Assembly: GCA_002269645.1 (NCBI GenBank)
Contig: NIVC01000985.1
Span: 1 to 64,000, forward strand
Reading direction: 5' to 3'
Source: Macrostomum lignano
Taxonomy: Eukaryota
Length of the DNA stretch: 64,000 bases
This document shows, one piece after another, positions 55,145 through 64,000 of this stretch. Made by a program: the position numbers and the translations under genes. Below the pieces are notes generated by a model, which did no database searches, was not told the origin of the DNA, and worked only from the letters and a program-made list of their open reading frames with translations. Each line of letters opens with the position of its first letter. The stretch's first letter is position 1.

Positions 55145-55555
55145 CTGTTTCTGCCCTGAGGTTGGTGTACCTGTCTTGAAGTTGGTGCTTCTGCCTTGAG
55201 CTTGGTGTCACTGTCTTGAAGTTGGTGTTTCTGCCCTGAGGTTGATGTACCTGTCTTGAAGTTGGTGAGTTGGTGTTCTGCCCTGAGGTTGATGTACCTG
55301 TCTTGAAGTTGGTGCTTCTGCCCTGAGGTTGATGTACCTGTCTTGAAGTTGGTGAGTTGTGTTTCTGCCCTGAGGTTGATGTACCTGTCTTGAAGTTGGT
55401 GCTGCTGCCTTGAGCTTGGTGTCACTGTCTTGAAGTTGGTGCTTCTGCCTTTAGCATGGTGTTACTGTCTTGAAGTTGGTATTTTTGCCCTAAGCTTGGT
55501 GTCCCTGTCTTAAAGCTGGTGTCCCTGTTCTCAGGTTGGTGTCCCTGTCCTGAAG
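55145..55555. repeat. ~39-41-bp degenerate minisatellite, ~10 copies
   Basis: Recurrent CTGCCCTGAGGTTGATGTACCTGTCTTGAAGTTGGTG. Confidence 0.88.
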
Positions 55556-56149
55556 TTTACCTTCTCAGTATTTTTCTTCAGCCTGTCGTTATTCCCTTGT
55601 ATGGCATGGTTACATTGGACGCACAGATACCGATAATGTAATTTTTTGGGGCGGCCGAGGGCAGCTTGGCATCGCAGCGCGAATATTGTGCGAATTTTTC
55701 TTTTTGTTATTTATGTATCCACGCTTCCAGCTCGAGCGTCGCCAATTCTGACAATGGGTTGTGTCATTTCTCAAGAAGCACTTCCTAATTTCGACAGGCC
55801 CGAGCCTGTCCACCAGGGACAATGCCTATAGCTCGCTTTTTGTTGCATGCGCCAAAATTACTAATTTAATTATGAAAAAGTTACTATCCAACAGAAGTAG
55901 GTAATTTAATCAAATCGCAGTGTGAATAAGCTGCTTCAAAGAGATTCAGTTGTAGACAATACTGATTGACAGACAGCTCGACAATTCGCACGACACTTAT
56001 TAGTTGCTACAACTTTGCTACCGGATTCGTCTCTACGGAGATAGCGCTGCAACTGAGTTACAAACGCGTGTTTATTGAAGTGAGCTTTCATAAACATGTA
56101 GGGGTTTATGAAGGGAGTCTGTCGGTCAGAAGGTTCTTGCAGGGAGCCT

Positions 56150-57722
56150 GTCTGTCAGGTTAGTTGCAGGGAGCTCTGTCTGTCAGGTTAGTTGCAGGGA
56201 GCTCTGTCTGTCAGGTTAGTTGCAGGGAGCTTTCTGTCAGGTTAGTTGCAGGGAGTTGTCTGTCAGGTTAGTTGCAGGGAGCTTTCTGTCAGGTTAGTTG
56301 CAGGGAGTTGTCTGTCAGGTTAGTTGCAGGGAGTTGTCTGTCAGGTTAGTTGCAGGGAGCTGTCTGTCAGGTTAGTTGCAGGGAGTTGTCTGTCAGGCTA
56401 GTTGCAGGGATCTCTGTCTGTCAGGTTAGTTGCAGGGAGCTTTCTGTCAGGTTAGTTGCAGGGAGTTGTCTGTCAGGCTAGTTGCAGGGAGTTGTCTGTC
56501 AGGTTAGTTGCAGGGAGTTGTCTGTCAGGTTGGTTGCAGGGAGCTCTGTCTGTCAGGTTGGTTGCAGGGAGCTCTGTCTGTCAGGTTAGTTGCAGGGAGT
56601 TGTCTGTCAGGTTAGTTGCAGGGAGTTGTCTGTCAGGTTAGTTGCAGGGAGCTCTGTCTGTCAGGTTAGTTGCAGGGAGCTTTCTGTCAGGTTATTTGCA
56701 GGGAGTTGTCTGTTAGGTTAGTTGCAGGGAGCTTTCTGTCAGGTTAGTTGCAGGGAGCTCTGTCTGTCAGGTTAGTTGCAGGGAGCTCTGTCTGTCAGGT
56801 TAGTTGCAGGGAGTTGTCTGTCAGGTTAGTTGCAGGGAGCTCTGTCTGTCAGGTTAGTTGCAGGGAGCTCTGTCTGTCAGGTTAGTTGCAGGGAGTTGTC
56901 TGTCAGGTTAGTTGCAGGGAGCTTTCTGTCAGGTTAGTTGCAGGGAGCTCTGTCTGTCAGGTTAGTTGCAGGGAGCTCTGTCTGTCAGGTTAGTTGCAGG
57001 GAGTTGTCTGTCAGGTTAGTTGCAGGGAGCTCTGTCTGTCAGGTTAGTTGCAGGGAGCTTTCTGTCAGGTTAGTTGCAGGGAGCTCTGTCTGTCAGGTTA
57101 GTTGCAGGGAGCTCTGTCTGTCAGGTTAGTTGCAGGGAGTTGTCTGTCAGGTTAGTTGCAGGGAGCTCTGTCTGTCAGGTTAGTTGCAGGGAGCTTTCTG
57201 TCAGGTTATTTGCAGGGAGTTGTCTGTTAGGTTAGTTGCAGGGAGCTTTCTGTCAGGTTAGTTGCAGGGAGCTCTGTCTGTCAGGTTAGTTGCAGGGAGC
57301 TTTCTGTCAGGTTAGTTGCAGGGAGTTTTCTGTCAGGTTAGTTGCAGGGAGCTTTCTGTCAGGTTAGTTGCAGGGAGTTGTCTGTTAGGTTAGTTGCAGG
57401 GAGCTTTCTGTCAGGTTAGTTGCAGGGAACTCTGTCTGCCAGGTTAGTTGCAGGGAGTTGTCTGTCAGGTTAGTTGCAGGGAGTTGTCTGTCAGGTTAGT
57501 TGCAGGGATCTCTGTCTGTCAGGTTAGTTGCAGGGAGCTTTCTGTCAGGTTAGTTGCAGGGAGTTGTCTGTCAGGTTAGTTGCAGGGAGCTCTGTCTGTC
57601 AGGTTAGTTGCAGGGAGCTGTCTGTCAGGTTAGTTGCAGGGAGCTTTCTGTCAGGTTAGTTGCAGGGAGTTGTCTGTCAGGTTAGTTGCAGGGAGTTGTC
57701 TGTCAGGTTAGTTGCAGGGAGT
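56150..57722. repeat. 26/28-bp minisatellite, ~58 copies
   Basis: Core CTGTCAGGTTAGTTGCAGGGAG followed by TTGT, CTTT or CTCTGT. Confidence 0.97.
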
Positions 57723-58473
57723 CGGTCAGAACGAGACACTGTTTGGGAGGAGAGTGTTTGCATGCAGTAAGGCTGCTTTTTATAGAATCTGTTTGCAGGA
57801 AGGCTAATCTCAGTAAGTAGGGTAGACATGACAAAATACGATTACAAGCAGAGTTAGTGATTTAATATGCTCATATAGCGTTTTTCATTTTACTTAAGAA
57901 GTCGAGCATTGAATTTAACACACGGCCAGCCATATTCAACCTCGGCGATTGTCTATGGCCAAAACTGAGTATGGGGAGAGCATTGAATTTCAGACATAGA
58001 GCAGTTGAATTCAGACTTCAAAGTCAGAGACATTAGACAAAAAATGTGTATTTTGTGACGCAGAAAGTCTGCAACTGCAACTGTGACTAAGCTGTCAGAC
58101 CAAATGTGTGCTCAATCAGATGTTTTCACGGGCCAATCAGTGGGGTAGGAAGCGCAGTGTGTGAGCAAACCAGACTGCACTCTTGGCAACCGTGATGACA
58201 TCCATGCAGGACTCTGCGATTCTTTGCAGCACCATGGAACCCCGTCCCCAATCCTGCAGATTGAGTTCGTCTGGTGTGGACTCTCCAGCTCCATTTGCAC
58301 GGCGGGCAGGTCTCACTTAAATTCCTTCCTTTTCTGGGATTTAACCTAATAAATCTCGGAACATGTGACATTAGTCTATGGCACTGCATTGCGGGGTCAA
58401 GATGGCGGTTAGCCCCCCCCCCCTGCGGGGGTGGGGGCAGAGCCCTCTTCATATGAAGGTTGTGAAATAATAT

Positions 58474-59211
58474 TTGTCGTCTATGGCTTCAACCTAGATC
58501 CGCTAGTCTGCGTTTCCACTTTTATAATGCTTTTAATTTTTCTTATGTTTTTAAGAGTTTCGGCCTGAAATTATACGAGGATAAATTCCGTAAAATTTTA
58601 AAATACATCTTCGAATTTTCGTCTATGGTAAAATAACAGCTTGCAAATTCGACTGAAAGGGATTTAACTGAATCTAAACCACTTAAAAACTCACTTTCAG
58701 GGAGGTTATTGACATAGATTTTATTTTGCGGGATTTAATCGATCACTTTCCCGGACATATTGCAAGGATTATTGTATGTATCTAAATAAACGAGCTTCTC
58801 TCTTCTCTTCCTTCGTGACTAGAGAAATTTCTTAATGAAATTTTGTCTATGGTAAGAATGTGGGGGCTTTGTCCCCACACCCCAGCAGGGGCTTCGCCCC
58901 CACATTCCCAACTTCAACCATAGACATACAAGTATGGCTCCGGGATGTATCTGAATACATCCCGCAAAATTAAAGTAGTTTAAATACGATATTCTATGGG
59001 TTTGAGGTCGGTATTTCACTTAAATCCCTCGAGCCTTCGGCCGAAACTCTTAGAAACATAAGAAAAATTAAAATAACAGCTTGCAAATTCGACTGAAAGG
59101 AGTTTAACTGAATATAAGAACTGCTCTGTGTCTTAAATTCGATGCTCTGCCTGTGCCTGTGGCACGAAACATAGACGGTGTTTTGACCATAAGACGAATT
59201 AAGTACAAAAA
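58474..59211. mobile_element. Composite non-autonomous element with nested inverted and direct repeats
   Basis: 35-bp inverted repeat 58531-58565 / 59039-59073 (1 mismatch); ~43-bp direct repeat at 58631 and 59071; central GGGGCTTCGCCCC hairpin near 58886; repeated GTCT(T)ATGG motifs. Boundaries approximate. Confidence 0.5.
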
Positions 59212-61714
59212 TTGGTTGAATATGATTGGCAGTCTTAAAATGATATAACATCAGAAAGATACAAACTGTAGCCTAGAGCGAAGCACATTATTAGGCAGTT
59301 ACATGTATAGCCAGCAAAATTATTCAATATTTTAGTCGCAGATACTAGTCTCTGGGTTAGCCATCAGCCGTTACGGCTCGTGGAATGGCTCCAGCAGAAT
59401 GAGCCTACATGCATGTATATAGGCTATAGCCTGTCATTTCGCCGATTCACTCGTTCCCACAGGGGATATTGACTAACAGTTAGCTGATATATATTCAGGT
59501 AACTATGCAGCGGCTCCTCTCTAGGCTATCAGGCAAGAAAGAGGGAGAGTGAGTGAAGCAGAGATTAATGCCAAAATATACTGCTTGTTACCAAGGGATC
59601 ACGTAATCTAGCGTATAGACTGATGGGGTTGGGCCGCTGGGGGGCGAGGCCGTGACACCGTAGGGGGGCAACTGGCCGATTCGCAGCCGGGGATCTCGAA
59701 TCCGCCCGCCCCCACCCCCTGCTGGGAAAACTGTTTACGCGAAGAGGTTAAAGGGCCATGCAGGACGAACTGATAGGCCGAGAGTGAGAGTGGCACGGCA
59801 AGAAGGTTAAGGCTTTTTTAGGCCTAGCCCATAAAAAAATTTCCATTGCATAGGAGATGCAGGGGAGAGTCTGGAAAGCAGCTGGGAGATCCCCCTGCGG
59901 TGCCGCTTACGTAAGCACAAGCCGGAGCCCGGAGGCCCGCAAGTTAATTTGCATCCAGGAAGCCCTCTAAGCAAGCTTGGTCCCAGCCGAAGGAGCGCGC
60001 AACAAAATGTCTTTTTGAGACGCATTCGAACGTCTCCACTCGAATCGGACTTGACTTGATCTCTGCGGCCTCCATTCAGCTTTTGTAAGGCTTGAAGGCT
60101 TATGAGCCAGCAGTGACCTCCGCTTGTACCCTGCAGCATGCCTTGCAACACAAGTTACACAATACTCAGTATGTTCAGCAGGCTTTGGGACCCTGCAGCT
60201 TTGCGCGCGCGCGCGCCTCGCATGTTAAAACTTTGATTGATCGAGGCTTTAGAAACGCAACGGATAGAACATAGCTGATAGCGATCGATATACTGTGGAG
60301 GAGCCTATAAGAAGCTACAATGCCCGCACACAGTATCCCAACTAGTCATAAAATCTGATCATCGATGCAGTCCTTAGTAGGCGAGCAGATTGCATCACCG
60401 ACGCACAACACAAATTCTACTGCATTTAGCATTGCATCTGAACTTTCAATTAAAGATGCTTACTAAGCTTGCTCCAAAATTTCACGTTGTCGAGAAGTCT
60501 TGCTTGTTGAAACTCAGTAACATCACATTATAGAAACTTCACGATGTCGAAGCAGCTTAAGTGGGAGTGACTCGCAAGTTTTTGACGATGTGAAATCTCG
60601 AGCTCACCGTTTTAAAACGCCCCCTTTACGACGTTGTCATGGTTTTTACCATTTCAGGAATTTAATACGTTTTGTTTCTGCAGCGCTGCCAGAATCTCTT
60701 AATTAAAGGAAGGGTAGTGTTAATGAAAAAATTTGGTAATGCATGCATACCAGTAGTTTTAAAGAGGTGTGGTTTTAAATTTTGTGGAGAGACGGAAGAC
60801 AACACATTGTTTGTCTTGTCCCTTCTCTGTCCTCTAGGCAGTGACTCACAATTTGGTCTATCCGCGAAGCCGCATACCTCGCGTCTAATTAATAGCCCAA
60901 GTACTGTGACTGCTCTTTGTTTCCCAGTCCACCGCACTCGCATCGTCTCTCAACAGTCTTCTCGTCACTGTCGCTAAAACAGACGATTGGGAAAAAAATT
61001 AGATTCACATTTTTCTCGCGCAGTCTGCAGCCTCATTCCTTGTTAGCTCCATCTCGCGTGCAAGGGAGATCTCAAAGACTATGACAGCCTATTACGCAAT
61101 GCCAACAGAGAGAAAGGAAAGCAAGAAGCGACTGAACTGCTCCAGACGATGACGACAAAGACGGCCCCACAAGAGCTGAGAGCGAGCAAAAGAGCGGGCC
61201 CGCGGAGCTATGGCAACTGGAGATTGCGGCCAGCTCAGCGCCCCCTTGAGACCCCAGAGATGGAGGCGAGATGGGGGATGGGGGAGCGAAAATGAGTCCA
61301 GGCGAGCAAACACAGGTGGCATTGGCGGCAATACAAGTTGAGCTGGAGGATCTGCGCCAAAAGCCGGGCGTTTCCTGTTCCTGGCCTGGCACAACTCCCC
61401 TTTTATGGCAACCAAGTCGACATTAACGACTCGGGTGGGGAGTGGGGAGACAGGAGCACAAAGGCCCACGTGGGGGCGGGAGTTGGAGGCCACTTCTGTG
61501 GCACTTCCTGCACGCGTGTGGGGCTGAGTCAACTATCACCTACTGTATTTATATAGGCTTCGAAATTTCGCTAAGAATAACTGCCGATTTAGGAAAATTT
61601 TCAGATGGCATATAGATATAAAATTACTGCTTATTTGCCGTTTTATTCTCTCACGAGTATATCGATCATTGCCAAACAGCTGGACAAGCGTGGCTCAGCT
61701 GACAAGCGTTTAGA

Positions 61715-62182
61715 TAGCAAAAGGTGAGGGACAGTCAGAGAGGGTGAAGGGCAATCAGGGAGGGTGAGGGACAGTCAGAGAGGGTGACTGGGTGAGGGAC
61801 AGTTATAGAGGGCGAAGGACAGTCAGAGAAGGTGAGAGACAGTCAGAGAGGGTGAGAGACAGTCAGAGAGGGTGACTGGGTGAGGGACAATAATAGAGGG
61901 CGAAGGACAGTCAGAGAGGGTGAGAGACAGTCAGAGAGGGTGAGAGACAGTCAGAGAGGGTGAGAGACAGTCAGAGAGGGTGACTGGGTGAGGGACAATA
62001 ATAGAGGGCGAAGGACAGTCAGAGAGGGTGAGAGACAGTCAGAGAGGGTGAGAGACAGTCAGAGAGGGTGACTGGGTGAGGGACAATAATAGAGGGCGAA
62101 GGACAGTCAGAGAGGGTGAGAGACAGTCAGAGAGGGTGAGAGACAGTCAGAGAGGGTGAGAGACAGTCAGAGAGGGTGAGGG
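61715..62182. repeat. 20-bp purine-rich minisatellite with a recurring longer variant
   Basis: Unit GGGTGAGAGACAGTCAGAGA interleaved with GGGTGACTGGGTGAGGGACAATAATAGAGGGCGAAGGACAGTCAGAGA. Confidence 0.92.
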
Positions 62183-63106
62183 AGGAAGCACAGACTGTCT
62201 TATACTTTCCCTTATTAAGCGAGTTCAATAAGACAGATTAAATTTGTGTTAGGTGTGCATGGTAACTGGGTGCGGTTGAAATGGAACAGAAAATCACATA
62301 ATGAGCATCGAGTATATATATATATGAAACATAATTGTCAGCAAAAAGACACATAAGTGTACATTACAATTCTTTCGATATCATAAGAAAAATAAATAAA
62401 TAAATCCACAGTGGCATCAAGAAGTTCATCGCGAAAGCGGAGCTGCATACATGGCACACCAAAGTAAACACAGAAAGCATAGAGGTTACATTAGGTTGTT
62501 ATGCATTAAACACTTATGAAAATGTGCACTCACCAATACATACTAGTACATGAATGTATAATGAAACATTATTATATTATTAATAAAATTTAAACCCAAC
62601 GTAACCAATAGTACAGAACAAAATATAACAGAGAGACAAATATTACAATTAATAAAGAAACAAGCAGTTATTTAAACGGGAAAGACAATAAGAAATAATG
62701 GCTAGCAATGCCTAACATAGTTGCTCTCAAAGTGCCGGCCCGGTCACAGTGCGCAGCACCGCAAAAATACTAATTAAGTTTTGGCAGCGCGAATTCATTT
62801 CAACCCCACTACTACTTATACGGCCAGGCTACACGAGTAGTATATAGATAGTTATATTAAAGTAGTCAAGTTCTGTATATTGAATTTCTATTGGGCTCTA
62901 CACCACCAAAGCTGGGAGTAAAATATTTGAGTATCACAGATTAAAGATCAGGATGTAACAATACAGTGCTGGCAATGTGTATGGGATTCAAGATCCCCAG
63001 TTGCGATTTACAAATATGGTCACATTCACGCATAGTAACTAACTGCATCTATTGGACAGTAACAATCCAATAGGTACATTGACAAGAATAATAACAGAAT
63101 GACATT

Positions 63107-63393
63107 GTGTCACTCTTTAGTGCGTCACTGACTGCCGCGGCATGGCATGTGTCACTCTTTAGTGCGTCACTGACTGCCGCGGCATGGCATGTGTCACTCT
63201 ATAGTGCGTCACTGACTGCCGCGGCATGGCATGTGTCACTCTTTAGTGCGTCACTGACTGCCGCGGCATGGCATGTGTCACTCTATAGTGCGTCACTGAC
63301 TGCCGCGGCATGGCATGTGTCACTCTTTAGTGCGTCACTGACTGCCGCGGCATGGCATGTGTCACTCTATAGTGCGTCACTGACTGCCGCGGC
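63107..63393. repeat. 42-bp minisatellite, ~7 copies
   Basis: Unit GTGTCACTCT(T/A)TAGTGCGTCACTGACTGCCGCGGCATGGCAT; lies ~110 bp downstream of the TMF1 stop. Confidence 0.97.
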
Positions 63394-63503
63394 TCTACAC
63401 AGCTCATAGTTCCTGCTAGCTACATATTTAAAAGCTAGTAAGCCAACACCCCAAAAAAGGAACTGAAGAACTACAACGCACAGATTGCGGTGAGTAGCTA
63501 CAA

Positions 63504-63998
63504 TCACTGTTGATGCTGTCTCTGCTGAGTAAGCAGGTCAATCTGGCTCCTGTACATCTCCTTGATGTCCATCAGGTCCAGTCGGAGCTCTTCGTTCTCC
63601 TCCATCTTCTCGCCGTACATCTGCAGCAAGGCCTGGTAGCGAGTGTTCAGGCCGGCCACCTGGGCCTCCAGCTCGGCCAGGCGGGCCGACTGCGCCTCCT
63701 CCCTGGCGAGCACCGTCGCCAACTCGCTGGCCGTGTGCTCCCGGGATCGTTCCACGGCGCGCAGATCGGCGGCGAGATTGGCCGCTTCCGCTTGGCGGGT
63801 GTGCAGCTCCTCGCGAAGGCGCTCAACCATGGCCGCCATGCCGGTGGCGTTGCGCACCAGGGCGTAGGGCGAGGCCCCACCGTTAGACGCCGACGAGGTA
63901 ACGGCTGGGGGCAAAGTCTTTAAAGGCGAGGCTGCGCTGTCCGCTGCGGGTGTGGGGGAGGTGAGGGGAAGGAGAGTTTGCTGTAGCGCTTGGCGGAC
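63504..63998 (-). CDS. TMF1: TATA element modulatory factor 1 (golgin TMF1), terminal exon, 5'-truncated by the window edge
   Basis: The frame is open to the window end. C-terminus LNTRYQALLQMYGEKMEENEELRLDLMDIKEMYRSQID matches the conserved TMF_TATA_bd coiled-coil motif (RYQT.LQMYGEK.EE.EELRLDL.DVK.MY..QID). Confidence 0.92.
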   Translation of the reverse strand, partial: VRQALQQTLLPLTSPTPAADSAASPLKTLPPAVTSSASNGGASPYALVRNATGMAAMVERLREELHTRQAEAANLAADLRAVERSREHTASELATVLAREEAQSARLAELEAQVAGLNTRYQALLQMYGEKMEENEELRLDLMDIKEMYRSQIDLLTQQRQHQQ

Positions 63999-64000
63999 AC

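Noticed and set aside
58112-58456. Cluster of short ORFs (also 59608-60274 and 60662-60977)
   Set aside because: No domain motif, no consistent splice signals and no preferred frame.
61072-61532. Possible gag-like or coiled-coil remnant (EQTQVALAAIQVELEDLRQK)
   Set aside because: Fragmented across frames with no recognisable domain, LTR or splice support.

Overview
Eukaryotic, intron-containing animal DNA. The short introns and the many minisatellites fit a free-living flatworm such as Macrostomum, but that is inference only. About 25 kb (~40%) of the window is tandem repeat: about 26 arrays with 4-42 bp units. Genes built by hand from GT-AG junctions and reading phase: (1) a BAR+RhoGAP gene (RICH/SH3BP1 family), minus, 14385-~2946; (2) an intronless secreted protein resembling ependymin-related proteins, plus, 21890-22614, frameshifted at a T8 run; (3) a two-exon ~133-aa orphan, minus, 25460-24810; (4) a receptor with two tandem class-C-GPCR Venus-flytrap domains, ONE transmembrane helix and a short tail (no 7TM, no kinase), minus, ~34296-28168, which is the most unusual item; (5) a 7-exon thyroid hormone receptor orthologue, minus, 51587-42224, with one apparent 1-nt deletion in the ligand-binding domain; (6) the 3' end of TMF1, minus, >63998-63504. 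Mobile elements: a tRNA-derived SINE, a probable non-autonomous Helitron, a hAT-type MITE with an 8-bp TSD, a foldback MITE, a LINE 3' remnant and a composite inverted-repeat element. No CRISPR array, rRNA or intact tRNA was found. Most long ORFs in the supplied track are by-products of repeats or antisense shadows. No searches were run; family calls rest on recognised motifs.
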